Of a stretch of DNA of 64,000 nucleotides, positions 42,910 through 53,914 are shown in pieces. Where the stretch lies: NCBI GenBank assembly GCA_963799775.1, contig CAWCYD010000003.1, positions 320,001-384,000 of the forward strand, written 5' to 3'. Position 1 is the first letter of the stretch, and every line of letters begins with the position of its first letter. The translations under genes and the position numbers were made by a program. Source of the stretch: an uncultured archaeon. GTDB lineage: Archaea > Thermoproteota > Nitrososphaeria > Nitrososphaerales > Gagatemarchaeaceae. Below the pieces are notes generated by a model. It did not search any database, was not told the origin of the DNA, and saw only the letters and a program-made list of their open reading frames with translations.

Positions 42910-43695
42910 TTGCCCATGGAAGAGGTGGAGAGCGAGCTCAGGGACAAGTTCGGACTCAACTCCTACGAGGCGCGCGGCTATCTCGCCCTGGTCTCTTCGC
43001 CGATGAAGCCCAAGGACATCGCCGCGGCCGCGGACATACCCAACCCACGCGTCTACGACACCCTGCGGGCGCTCGAGATGAAGGGGTTCGTCCACAGGAG
43101 AGGCGACAATTTCGTCGCCGAGTCGCCCAGCGTCGCTCTCAAGACCTACATGCTCGGCCACCAGCGCTCGTTCGAGAAGGCGAGGGAGTCGAAGGAGGCG
43201 TCCATGAAGCACATCGTCGAGCTCCTGCAGCCCGTCCTCGCGTCCAAGGACGACCTCTCGGAGGAGCCCGTGCTTCTTCGAGGGATAGACGCGATCGCCG
43301 GGAGGTTCTTCGAGATCCTCGGAACGTCGAAGGACATCATGCTGATGGTGAGGAAGGCCCTGAAGGTGAAGGGCGTCTTCAGCGAGTATCTGGAGGCCTT
43401 TCCCATATCGGGGAAGAGGATACGCCTGCTTCTGCCATCAAAGCCGCCGATAAACGAGCGCGACGCAAGGCTTCTCTCACGGCTGAAGATAGAGACACGC
43501 TACTATGACCACCCCGTCCTGGACATGATGGTCGCGGACGAGCTCGACGTGGTCCTAGGCGTCCCAGAGAGGAGCAACGACGAGCCCTTCAGCGCGGTCG
43601 CCCTGTGGGTGAGGAACCCCTCGTTCGCGCGGTCCACGAGGGCGGCGATCGACGAGATATGGGAAGAGAGCTCCAAGCGGAAGGTTCAGGCGTAG
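42910..43695 (+). CDS. TrmB-family transcriptional regulator
   Basis: FGLNSYEARGYLAL and IPNPRVYDTLRALEMKGFV. It is divergent from the thiolase operon. Confidence 0.92.
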   Translation: MPMEEVESELRDKFGLNSYEARGYLALVSSPMKPKDIAAAADIPNPRVYDTLRALEMKGFVHRRGDNFVAESPSVALKTYMLGHQRSFEKARESKEASMKHIVELLQPVLASKDDLSEEPVLLRGIDAIAGRFFEILGTSKDIMLMVRKALKVKGVFSEYLEAFPISGKRIRLLLPSKPPINERDARLLSRLKIETRYYDHPVLDMMVADELDVVLGVPERSNDEPFSAVALWVRNPSFARSTRAAIDEIWEESSKRKVQA

Positions 43696-43700
43696 GCGAG

Positions 43701-44349
43701 ATGCCCAGGTCGAAGACCAAGGCAAGGAATCTCGGCGACCCGAGCGCCTTCAAGGCAGGCTACGCGCACATCAGGAAGAACGACCCAAAGCTCGCCCCCA
43801 TCCTCGACTCGCGTGGGGTGCTCAAGTTCAAGCCCGAAGGCCAGCCCTTCGAGTCGCTGGTGGAGTCCATCCTCTCGCAGCAGCTGGCCGGGTCCGCCGC
43901 CTCGGCCATCATCAAGAAGGTCCGGGCGCTCTTCCCTGACGGGGAGCTGGAGGCGAAGAGGATGCACAGGATTGACGCGAGAAAGCTCCGCTCCGCGGGC
44001 GTCTCTCCACAGAAGCTGACGTATCTCAAGGACCTCTCGGCCAGGGTCGTGAAAGGGAAGCTCGACCTCGAGGCGCTCGAATCGATGACCGACGAAGAGA
44101 TAATCGAGGTCCATCGACGAGGTGAAGGGCATAGGGCCTTGGACGGTCCACATGTTCCTCATCTTCACTCTCGGGAGGCCGAACGTCTTGCCCGTGGACG
44201 ACTACGGCATCAGGACTAGCGTGCGGAGCATCTACGGCCTGAGCGACCTCCCGAAGAAAGCCGACATCGAGAAGCTGGCGGCGAAATGGCATCCTTACTC
44301 CACCGTGGCGTCGTTGTATCTCTGGCACGCGAAAGATAACGAAAGTTAA
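43701..44349 (+). CDS. alkA: DNA-3-methyladenine glycosylase II, AlkA-like (frameshift near 44110)
   Basis: SILSQQL, GVSPQK, KGIGPWT, LPVDDYG and W.PY.TVA..YLW. Confidence 0.9.
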
Positions 44350-44381
44350 ATGGCCTGCTGGGCTGGTCCCCGAAACCCGTC

Positions 44382-45558
44382 TTGAAGTTATTCGGCCCCG
44401 AACATGAGCAACTCCTGGTCTCGTTCTATGGAGAGGAGCAGGGGGAGGCCTATGGGGCCCTCCTTCGCAGCCTCTCTGTCGTCCTCAACGAGAGGATAGC
44501 CCCTCTCTCGCTGGCGCTCGACCAAGGAGAGGAGGAGATCGACAAGACGCGCCGGGTCCATCTTCGAGCAGGGCGTGTGCAGACTGCCCCACTCGAGCGA
44601 GTTCGGCGGAATGGACCTGCCCTTCGGTGTCTACGCCCTCGCCATGGAGCTCGCGGGCGCCGCCGATGCGAGCACGGCGATGAGTGTCGGGATACACAAC
44701 ACGGTGGCTGACGCTATCGAGACTTTCGGGTCGCCCGAGCAGAAGAAGCGACTCCTCCCTGGGCTCCTCTCGGGGAAGCGGTTGGCCGGCTTCGCACTCA
44801 CAGAGCCGTCGTCCGGTTCGGACGCCCGCTCGATGCACACGAAGGCAGCGCGCGAAGGAAGGCACTTCGTGATCGACGGCTCCAAGATGTTCATCACCAA
44901 CGCGGGCGAGGCGGACTTGTACCTCGTCTTCGCAGCCACCGGGAAGGGGCACGGGGCCTTCCTTGTGGAGCGGACCAACCCGGGCCTGAAGATCGGGAGA
45001 CCCCTGAACGAGAAGCTAGGGATGCGCGGCTCGCACACCGCCGAAGTGAGGCTTGCGAAGTGTCGCGTCTCCGAGGACTCGGTCCTGGGCAAGGAAGGGG
45101 CGGGCTTCGACCAGGCGAAGCGGCTGCTTGACTCGAGCCGCATCGTGATGGGGATGATATGCGTGGGCATCGCGCACGTCGCCTTCGACAAGGCGTTGTC
45201 GTATGCCAAGGGGCGGGACCTGTTCAAGAAGAAGCTCGCTGACATGCAGCTGACCAGGGAGAAGCTCGCGAACGCCACAATCGAGGCGAACGCTGCGCGC
45301 CTGCTCTGCCTCCATGCCGCCAGGCTCAAGGAGGCGGGAAAGCCCTTCTCCTCGGAGGCTGCCCAGGGGAAGGTGCTCGCCACTGAGATGGCGGTGAGGA
45401 CGTGCGACGCCACAGTGCAGCTCCTCGGTGGCTACGGATACACCAGCGACGACGTCCACAGGCACCTGAGGGATGCCCGACTCCTGACGATCGGCGAGGG
45501 CACGTCCGAAGTATTGAGAATGCTGATCGCCTCGAAAGAGCTGGAGCGCGAGAGTTGA
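44382..45558 (+). CDS. acyl-CoA dehydrogenase (frameshift near 44560)
   Basis: FALTEPSSGSD, GSKMFITN, KLGMRGS, GGYGY and IGEGTSE. Confidence 0.93.
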
Positions 45559-46323
45559 ACATAGTAGTCCTCGTGAAGAGCGCAGTCGACGAGGCCGAGC
45601 TGTGGGCCGACCCAGGGGGACACCCGGTCCTGAAAGGGGCCGCAACGAAGATTAGCAACTTCGACATGAACGGCGTCGAGGAAGCGGTGAAACAGAAGGA
45701 GGAAAATCGCGGCACGGTCACCGTCCTCTCTCTCGGAGGTGCGGAAGCAAAGAAAGCGATCAAGGAAGCAATGGCGATGGGCGCGACCCGGGGTGTCCAC
45801 GTCCTCGCCGAGCCGTCCGAGGCTCCCGACTCGATAGGCACGGCCTACCTGCTGGCAAAGGCGATCAAGCGAATGGGGGAGGTGGACCTGGTGGTATGCT
45901 CCGAGGGCGCCTCGGACACCTACCAAGGCCAAGTGGGCGCGATGGTCGCCGAGCGCCTCGACATGCCGTTCCTAGCATACGCGAAGAAGGTCGAGACACG
46001 GGCAGGCAAAATAAGGATCGAGCAAAGCTACGAGGGCGGAATCAAGGTTCTCTTGGCGAAGCTGCCCGCGGTCGTCTCGGTCGTGAGCGAAGCGAACGTC
46101 CCCAGGTACCCCACCCTGATTCAGGTTATGGTCGCGGGGAAGAAGCCGATCGAGGACGTCCCCATGGCTTCCCTCCGGGGGGAGGACTACCCACGGACGG
46201 GCTTCGAGGTCCCTCGATATCGTCCTCCAGCCCGCGAGCAGGAAGAGATTGATTCTCAAGGGCACCCCTGAGGAGGCGTCCAAGAAGCTCGTCGAGGCGC
46301 TGAACAAGGACGGAGTCCTGTAG
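45555..46323 (+). CDS. etfB: electron transfer flavoprotein beta subunit (frameshift near 46215)
   Basis: IVVLVK, FD..GVEEA, AMAMGA, SD..QGQVG and PRYP. Confidence 0.9.
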
Positions 46324-46325
46324 CC

Positions 46326-47255
46326 TTGGACGTCGTCTCCTACTCTGAAGACGCCGCTCTGGCCAGCGAGGTCGCCGCTGCGGCTCTGGACGTCGCGGAC
46401 GCAATTCGGGCAGACGCAGTCGCGATAGAGCTCGACGAGGTTAGCCCGGGCCTATCCTCTGCGGAGAAGGTTGTCCTTGTCAAAGGAGACAGGCCGCTCG
46501 AGGACGACGACGACGCGGCAGCCGCGGCCATCGTGGAGGTCGCAAAGACACGCGACATAGGAGCGATTCTAGTCGCAGAGACGAGGTTCGGGACGTTGGT
46601 GGCCGCGAAGGTAGCGGCGAGGCTCAAGGTCGGCTCGCTAGGAAAGGGCAGGAGGGTCCGCGTCGACGACGGCCGACTTGTGATAGAGAGGGACGCTTAT
46701 GGCGGTAAGTACGTCGCCCAGGTCGCGGCGAAGATGCCGTGCGTGGCGATCGTCCAAGCGGGTGCATACAAACCCACAGGCACGCGCCCCGCCCTCCTCG
46801 ACAGCTTGAGCGTGAGCGTCGGGGCGCCCCGCGTGGTAGTAGTGGAGACGAAGACGAGCCAGCGCGTGGGGACGGACCTGAAGTCCGCTCAAAGGATCGT
46901 CTCGGCAGGGCGGGGGTTTGCCAGGAAGGATGGCCTGTCTCTCGCGCAAGACCTGGCAAGCGCTCTCGGGGCCGCCCTCGGGTGCTCCCGTCCTCTCTCC
47001 TCCGACCTCGGATGGATGGGAGAGGATGCGCACATAGGGCTCACCGGCGCATACGTCCATCCCGAGCTCTACGTGGCGCTAGGGATATCGGGGCAGCTCC
47101 AACACATAGCAGGCATCAAGGACTCGAAGGTGATCGTCGCGATAAACAAGGACGCGCAGGCGCCAATATTCCAATTCGCGGACTATGGCATCGTCGGCGA
47201 CCTCTACGAAGTCGTTCCAGCCTTGACGACCATCCTGAAGAGCAGACCTCGCTAG
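46326..47255 (+). CDS. etfA: electron transfer flavoprotein alpha subunit
   Basis: IVSAGRG, GCSRP, IGLTG, GISGQLQH and AINKD..APIF..ADYG. Confidence 0.93.
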   Translation: MDVVSYSEDAALASEVAAAALDVADAIRADAVAIELDEVSPGLSSAEKVVLVKGDRPLEDDDDAAAAAIVEVAKTRDIGAILVAETRFGTLVAAKVAARLKVGSLGKGRRVRVDDGRLVIERDAYGGKYVAQVAAKMPCVAIVQAGAYKPTGTRPALLDSLSVSVGAPRVVVVETKTSQRVGTDLKSAQRIVSAGRGFARKDGLSLAQDLASALGAALGCSRPLSSDLGWMGEDAHIGLTGAYVHPELYVALGISGQLQHIAGIKDSKVIVAINKDAQAPIFQFADYGIVGDLYEVVPALTTILKSRPR

Positions 47256-47280
47256 GCCGCGGCCTGGGACTGGCCTAGCT

Positions 47281-49294
47281 TCACGAGGTCGGCAGCCTCT
47301 CGGCCACGAGTTCGGCGATGTCGCGCACCTCAAGGCCGCCGCCGGGTCCCTTGGCAGCGTCTTCGAGCATGGTGATGCAAAACGGGCACGCCACCGCCAG
47401 CGTCTTTGCGCCCGTCTTCACAGCCTCCTCCATGCGGATGACGCTGATCTTGGTCCGCTCGGGGACCGGGTACCAGACGTTCGCGCCGCCCCCGCCGCAG
47501 CAGAAGCTCTTCTCCCTGCTCCTAGGCATCTCGACCACCTCGAAGCCCTCAGCCGCTTTGATGGCATCGCGGGGGGCGTCGTAGACACCGTTCACCCGCC
47601 CCAGGTTGCAAGGGTCGTGGAACGTCACCGCCCCGTCGCGCTTCGCGAGGGGGAGCTTGCCCTGCGCGACGAGCTCGCCGATGAGCTGGGAGTGGTGTAC
47701 CACCTCAAAGTCCGCGCCGAACTCCGGGTACTCGTTCAGGAAGGTGTTGAAACAGTGGGGGCAGTGGACGACCACCTTCTTCGCCCCTGACCGCTTGATG
47801 CTCTGGATGTTTTTTAGGGCGAGCTCCTGAAAACGCGCCTCCTCCCCCATCCTCCTCACCGGCTCCCCCGTGCACACTTCCTCGTTCCCGAGCACGGCGT
47901 AATTCACCTTGGCCGCGTCGAGGATCTTTACCACGGACTGGGTCAGCTTCTTCCCCCTGGGGTCGTAGCTTCCGTGGCACCCCACCCAGTAGACGTACTC
48001 AGGGTGCGGGTTCTCCCTGAGCGTAGGGACCCCCGCCTCGCTGAGCCAGCTCTGCCTCTCCTGCTGCGGGAGCCCGAAGGGGTTGTTCGCCCGTCCGACG
48101 TTCTCCAAGAACGTCCTCTTCGCAGGGTCGAGCTTGTTCTCCGCCACGAGCGTGCGCCGAAAGTCGATGATGTAGTCGACCTGGTTGATGAACACCGGGC
48201 ACACCTCCACGCACGCGTTGCAGGTGGTGCAGGCCCAAAGCTCGCTCTGGCGTACCACGCCTCTGGCGAAGACGTCCTCGTCAGGCGCTGCTCTGGACTG
48301 TCTCCCAAGATCCTGGACGACGTCCCTGGGCGAGAGATCCCTACCCGCGGCGTTGGCAGGGCAGACTTCCTGGCACCTCCCGCAGTTCGTGCATGCGTCG
48401 AGGGCGAGGAGCCTGAGGGGCGCGAACGCGCTAGCGGCGTGTACGTTGGGCGGGGTTGAGACCTCGCCCGTCTCAAGCATCGCCGCCAGGCTGAAGGGAG
48501 TGCTCAGCCGGCCGCGTGGCTTCTCCGGCGAAAGGACGATGTTGGAAGCGGAAGTGAAGACGTGGACTAGCTTCGTGTAGGGGGTCGCGGCGATCAGCGC
48601 CATCACGGAGAACATGTGCGCCCACCAGACGGCCTGATAGACGACCTGCGCCTGCGCCACCGTGGGCGCCAGCGTCCTCCCGATCAGGGCTCCCAGCGCG
48701 TCTCCTACGGGCGAAAAGATAGCCCATTGCGAGGGGATCGCCACGAACCTCAAAGCCTCGATCATGAACCCTGAGACGCCGATCCAGAGCAGCATCCCCA
48801 GGACGACGCGGTCGTCCCAGCCCGTCCTCAACTTGTCCAACCTCTGGACGTAGCGCCTGTAGATTGCGATCGCGAGCCCAACGATGAAGAGGAGCCCGAG
48901 GGTGTCCCCTAGGAACTCCAGCGTGAGGTAGAAGTCCCCTTTGATGAAGATTCCTCCGCCGAAGACCGGAAGGATGTCGCTCTGGACGAATATCAGGCTG
49001 GTGTACGCGAAGAGCATGAGGAACCCGTAGAAGAGCGCACCGTGCATCACTCCTCCCGAGCCTCCTTCGATGGACCTTCCTCTGGCCCAGCGCGTACTTG
49101 CCGAACCGACCGAACTTCGTCTTTAGGTCCTTGGTGGAGAGCGAGAGGAACTCTCCGAGGCTCATCCCGTAGCTCTTCAGGTGCCTGTGGAGCCCGAAGA
49201 GCATGATTACTCCGGCAGCGAAGAATGCGGCGTAGACTACTGCCGGCGCGTAAGAGGGGAGGAAGAGGTAGCTCTGGCGAACCGGCTCGGACAT
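47281..49294 (-). CDS. membrane Fe-S oxidoreductase, FadF/HdrD-like (likely ETF:quinone oxidoreductase; frameshift near 49065)
   Basis: NarI-like TM part with His residues, two CxxCxxCxxxCP motifs and CCG domains (HDPC, CCGGGG, ACPFC). Confidence 0.88.
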
Positions 49295-49372
49295 CGGTCG
49301 GACCGATTCCACCTAATTCGGTTAATACAGGTTCCGAACCTTGCCTTTAGGTATCGTGGGCCAGGGTCGAGG

Positions 49373-51316
49373 CTAGGTCTGCGGTTGAGAAGGGGCGGGC
49401 TTCTTGTCCTCTCTCTTCCTGATTATCTTCCCGCCGCCCGCAGGAAGTATGCGGAGGATGTCGTCGACTCCAAGCTCGACCTTCGTGTTAGCGTATGGTC
49501 TCAGCTCGTGAAGCACCCGCTTCGCCGTGTCCGACGGCTTCTCCCTGCTCGGGATGACCATGACGTGCCCTCTCGCGACTTTCATTATCGCTTCCTCGGG
49601 TCCCGCGATCGCTCTCCCGACATCGTCAATCCCCACGGCTATCTCGACCGGGATCTTCGTCACGAAGTTCTTCTTCCCTTTGATCGCGAAAGAGCCATGG
49701 GCGAGGTACTCCCCGCTCGGCCCGGCGGCGCTTATCTGCTCCGGGGTGACCCAATAGGCGTCGGCCGCACCCAGGCCTGTCTTCCAGGCGCTGCTGAACG
49801 TCGCTGTCGCCTTCGCCACCTCCCTGACCTCCTCGTCTGTCTGGTCCTTCCCTCCCTTCAGTATGAAGAAAGGCGAGCCGAAGAGGTCCGCGTGGTAGAC
49901 AGTGTCGCCTTCCTGCATGTGCCTTCTTATCAGGGTCGTGTTGCTCTGCGCGTCGCGACCCCCGATGGCCAACTTCCCTCCCGTCGTGTAGAACCATCTG
50001 AACTTCTCGTACCACTCCTTCTTCGCCCTCGAGAGGGGAATCGCCTTCACGCGCGCGACCTCTTCCTTGCCGCTCTCTCTCTTGAGCCTCGGTTGGAGCT
50101 TCTTTATCGCGTCGTCGATGTCCCGGATGTCGCGTTCGTTCCTCTTCGCCCGGTCGAAGATGGCCGAGGAGACAGAGGCCTGCCCCTTCTCAGCCAGCTT
50201 CTCCAACGATGACAGAAGGTCGCCAGGAAGGGCTTTGGACCCCTTCGCTATCTGCACGGCCTCTTCAGCATCGCTCGCCGCCCCCACCCGCGAAGCAAGC
50301 GTCCTCAGCTCTGTCGAGAGGTCGGCCAAGCCAGCCTTCTTCGACTCGAGGTCGGCTATGGTGGCTTGCAGCTCCAGCGCACGGCGTTTGTGAGCCCCGA
50401 CCTTCGACTCGTCCGCTTCACCAGACTGGCCCTCTTCCTCCGCCGCCAGCAGGCCCGGGAACAGCAGTTTGTCCAGCAGGGGGCTCAGAGTGGGCGATGA
50501 CTCCACGACTTCCCTGCTCGTAGGCCGAATGACCATGACCTCGACTGAATCCTCGTCAGTCCTCACCAATGTGGGCGAAGGGTGGGTCTCGATGATTGCT
50601 AGCATGTCCCTTATTGTCGCCATGACCTGTTCGACGTCGGCATCGGACATTACTGCGGAGTCCTCCTGCCCATGCCTGAGGCGGGCCAGAATCTCGTCGA
50701 CGTACCTTCTAGGAATCGAGAGCCCCCTTCCGAGCGCGCGTCCGAGCGTCTTCTCCTTCGCGAACGCGTTCTTCAGGTCCTGGATCGTCAGCGTCTCTAG
50801 GGATGCCCGCGTCTGAGCCGGAGGGACGTACGGGTAGCCCTTCGCGAGCCTCCTCGAACCACCCTTGACGTCGCGAAGAAGAAGCACGATCTTCTTGTCA
50901 GGCCCCGAGAGCACGAGGTTACCCGGAGGCATGAGCTCGAGGACGAGCTGCAACCGTTCTTCCCCCTTGCCCTCGAACTCAAGGATCAGAACCCTGTCCA
51001 GGTCGAACTGCGAGACAGATGCCAGCCTCGCCCTTAGGAGGTGCGAACGAAGTGCCGTCGTGAACTCGGTGGTCTCGACCCTGGCCGGGTTCTCGGTCAG
51101 CCATGCGCCTAGCTTCGGCGAGAGCACAAGCGAGGCTTCCGTCGTTTGGCCCCCGTCTTCTCCAGCGGCCTTCCTCAGCCTGATGAGCTGGCTCTCTCCT
51201 ACCGAGTAGATGTTGGAGACATATGTCCCCGCGAGCGCGGACGAGATCTCCTTGGAGAGGACCCTGAACTCAAGGCCCGAGATCGAGCCCCGGAACTTCT
51301 CGGAAAGCAAAGACAT
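49373..51316 (-). CDS. NFACT/Rqc2 (archaeal RqcH) ribosome quality-control factor
   Basis: DRVL, ELMPPGN, WYEKFRWF, GGRDA, HAD..GSP and GEYL..GSF. Confidence 0.92.
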   Translation of the reverse strand: MSLLSEKFRGSISGLEFRVLSKEISSALAGTYVSNIYSVGESQLIRLRKAAGEDGGQTTEASLVLSPKLGAWLTENPARVETTEFTTALRSHLLRARLASVSQFDLDRVLILEFEGKGEERLQLVLELMPPGNLVLSGPDKKIVLLLRDVKGGSRRLAKGYPYVPPAQTRASLETLTIQDLKNAFAKEKTLGRALGRGLSIPRRYVDEILARLRHGQEDSAVMSDADVEQVMATIRDMLAIIETHPSPTLVRTDEDSVEVMVIRPTSREVVESSPTLSPLLDKLLFPGLLAAEEEGQSGEADESKVGAHKRRALELQATIADLESKKAGLADLSTELRTLASRVGAASDAEEAVQIAKGSKALPGDLLSSLEKLAEKGQASVSSAIFDRAKRNERDIRDIDDAIKKLQPRLKRESGKEEVARVKAIPLSRAKKEWYEKFRWFYTTGGKLAIGGRDAQSNTTLIRRHMQEGDTVYHADLFGSPFFILKGGKDQTDEEVREVAKATATFSSAWKTGLGAADAYWVTPEQISAAGPSGEYLAHGSFAIKGKKNFVTKIPVEIAVGIDDVGRAIAGPEEAIMKVARGHVMVIPSREKPSDTAKRVLHELRPYANTKVELGVDDILRILPAGGGKIIRKREDKKPAPSQPQT

Positions 51317-51418
51317 CTCCTTCCAACCCGCGCCTCGAGGACGGGCCCGTGCAAGTTTTATTAACCTACTGAGGCTCGGGTGATTTTTGCCCGCCCCCTC
51401 AGAATATAGTGATTTTGG

Positions 51419-51763
51419 TTGCCCTTCACCGACCTAGACAAGATGTACTGGTTCAGGACGGGCCTCGGGGTCTTGGGAGGGGGTCTTGCCGAGCTTCTCA
51501 CCGGTTGCAAGGTCATCCTCCCACCAGCCGCCAACGCGGGCACCTGCGTGGGAAGCGCAGTCCCCGACTACTCGACAGGGATACTTGTCTGGGTCGGGCT
51601 CTATCTTCTCTCGTTCTATCTGATCAAGTGGACCTACGGGAAGAAGCTGGACAAGGACGAGCAGAGGAAGATAGTTACGACTGGGATAGGGAGCTTCATA
51701 CTCCTCTTCATCTTCACCTGGGTCATTCTGTTTACTCTTGGGGTTTCTTACCTGAACTTTTGA
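51419..51763 (+). CDS. three-TM membrane protein, EMC6-like
   Basis: LDKMYWFRTGLGVLGG...TTGIGSFILLFIFTWVILFTL matches the EMC6/Rab5ip topology and C-terminal helix pattern. Confidence 0.6.
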   Translation: MPFTDLDKMYWFRTGLGVLGGGLAELLTGCKVILPPAANAGTCVGSAVPDYSTGILVWVGLYLLSFYLIKWTYGKKLDKDEQRKIVTTGIGSFILLFIFTWVILFTLGVSYLNF

Positions 51764-52049
51764 CCGACTTGGCCCACTTACCTAGCGTCTGAAGATATCC
51801 GCGGTCAAGATCGTCTGTCATCTCGACCTTCGGGATCCTGTCGACAGCCCTCAAGATCTTCTCGGAGTCGGCCATCTTGTCGGGCGTCCTGTTCTCAGTG
51901 ACGTTCACGATCCCGTTGAGGGCGAGAAGGGCCCCTCTGCCGTACTCTGATGAGACCTGAGGTACGAGGTGATTCAATCGCTGTCTAGCATCCTCTAACT
52001 TGGAATGCACTAGGGACTCGATTATCACGTCCACTTCTTCCTTGATCAT
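51732..52049 (-). CDS. hypothetical protein
   Basis: About 105-aa helical ORF (YGRGALLALNG, DDLDRGY). Confidence 0.65.
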   Translation of the reverse strand: MIKEEVDVIIESLVHSKLEDARQRLNHLVPQVSSEYGRGALLALNGIVNVTENRTPDKMADSEKILRAVDRIPKVEMTDDLDRGYLQTLGKWAKSVKSSGKKPQE

Positions 52050-52171
52050 GCTGCTCGAAAGCATACGCGACTGACGCATTGGTTTCGTTTGCTTAAATGC
52101 TTATGTTCCCAAAAAGGCGAGGACTCCAGGACAGACTGGTCCCGCCGATGCGAGGCGGAGCCTGCGATCCT

Positions 52172-52916
52172 TCAGTCGAACCCGCGCTCGGAGATGCGGC
52201 AGAGGACGGGCTTCTCAGAGTTCGGTGGGTACTCGACGGAGGCATTGACGTGCGCTCCCATCCTGGTGAGTCGCAAGGACTTGCTCACGAACTTCCTCAA
52301 TGTGAGCCCGCCCAGGTCTACCTCCTGCGACTTGCCCTCACCAGGAACGGAAGCGACCCGATTCGTGAGCAGCACGAACCGCATCCGCCGGTATGCGTCG
52401 AGCGCGATGCTGTTGAGATACGCGCCCAGCTCTCCCTGTCGTCTGCCGGTCCTCTCTCTGCCCGGGAACTCGAGCGAGAAGTTCTTCGTGATGGTGTCCA
52501 CAACCACCAGCCTTGCTGAGCCCACCTTCGGGTCGTCGCGCATCGTCCTCATGCACCTCGTTGTGCGCACGGACGTCTCGCGCGCGTACCCAGTAGATCA
52601 GTTCGAGGGCGTCGCGGACGTCGATCCCCCTCGCCTTGGCCATCTCTTCTACTCTCTCGGGTCGGAACGTCGATTCCGAGTCCACGTAGAGCGTCCGCCA
52701 GCCTTTTCCCGCCGCGATGACAGCGGCCTGCATGGCCAACTGGGTCTTCCCAGTGTTGCTAGCCCCGAACACCTCTGAGATCTTTCCTTGCTCATACCCT
52801 CCCTCGAGCAACCCGTCGAGGGCGGCCGACCCCGTGCTCAGTCTCCCGAGCCCGCGGGCGACCTCCAAAGCCCGGGCGAAGGAGAGGTGGCCGGCACTCG
52901 CGGGATCAGATGACAT
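52172..52916 (-). CDS. RadA/RadB-like RecA-fold ATPase (frameshift near 52575)
   Basis: LSTGS..LD.LL.GG, GASNTGKTQ, YVDSESTFRPER, LVVVD and LTNR. It has no N-terminal HhH. Confidence 0.85.
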
Positions 52917-53203
52917 TCGGACCAATCGGAACACCTCGAAGGGCGATAATAGCTTTCACGCCCGACGGGTCCGGGAATTCCGCTGGCCGTGAGGATACGT
53001 TTTTATGAGGAGCAGGCAACACTCGCGTGGTTCGGAACCCCACTTACACCGCTAACTGTGGGAATCGGAGTGCCAGTCATTGTTTGCTCCGTCTTCAGGT
53101 TCGTCTGGCCCTACAAGATCAAGTGAACACCCGAAGCTAAGAGAGTGAACTATTCCCCTAGGTCTCTCTCGTCGCTTGCTTGTGGCAGCCTTCGTCGTGC
53201 AAT

Positions 53204-53914
53204 GGGTTCATCGCGCCTCCGCCGGGGCCACTTGATTTCCGAGCCCAAGGCTTAAATCAGAAGGCGGGAAGAAAGCACTGGGCTTGTCCGACCCGAATAC
53301 GGCGGCCTTGTCGAGCATCAGTGGCTACCTTTTTTGGGCTATCATTGTCAACATAATCGCGATACTCGTATCTCTCTTCACTTTTCTTCTTCTCGCCGGA
53401 CTCGACCTGATTTGGTTGGTAGGAGGCATCGCCGTTCTCATCAGAATACGGAGTACGAGAAAAGCGGCAGAGCGAAATGATATTGCTAAGCTCAAAACAA
53501 TGGCCTCAACCGGTTGGGCGATTGCGGGCTTCATATTCACCGGCATTATCCCTGGCATCTTGATGTCTATGACAGATGGAAAAATCAAGCAATTAGTAGT
53601 TCCATCCATGCCGATTGCCAGTTCGACTGCTGGAACAACTATCCCCGGGCAATTAGCAACACAGCAGACCGGGGATTTCAAGTATTGCGTATCTTGCGGA
53701 ACTCAAATCTCGAGACGAGCTTCTTTCTGCCCTAGTTGCGGGGCCAATCAGAATTAATTCTCTTCTAGACGCTGACATAAGACTCCGACAACAAAGGCGC
53801 CTCCGCCGGACAACCAGACCCCGACTGTAGGGCTAAGGACTAAGCACGTCAAGCTCGGAGGTAAGGTACTTGGATTTCGGAGTGTACAGGGTTCATTGCG
53901 CCTCCGCTGAGGTC
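53204..53914. repeat. dispersed direct repeat GGGTTCATyGCGCCTCCGCyGrGGyC (53204-53229, 53889-53914) plus a partial copy (53797-53809)
   Basis: 22 of 26 positions are identical between the two long copies. The third copy shares the 13-mer GCGCCTCCGCCGG with the first. Confidence 0.7.
53284..53757 (+). CDS. membrane protein with C-terminal zinc ribbon
   Basis: Three TM segments followed by CVSCG..CPSCG. It is visibly more AT-rich than its neighbours. Confidence 0.85.
   Translation: MSDPNTAALSSISGYLFWAIIVNIIAILVSLFTFLLLAGLDLIWLVGGIAVLIRIRSTRKAAERNDIAKLKTMASTGWAIAGFIFTGIIPGILMSMTDGKIKQLVVPSMPIASSTAGTTIPGQLATQQTGDFKYCVSCGTQISRRASFCPSCGANQN

Noticed and set aside
53204-53229. GGGTTCA...GGGGCCA as a tRNA 3' half or att site
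   Set aside because: No T-stem complement or acceptor pairing can be built and no integrase is nearby. It is kept only as an unexplained repeat.
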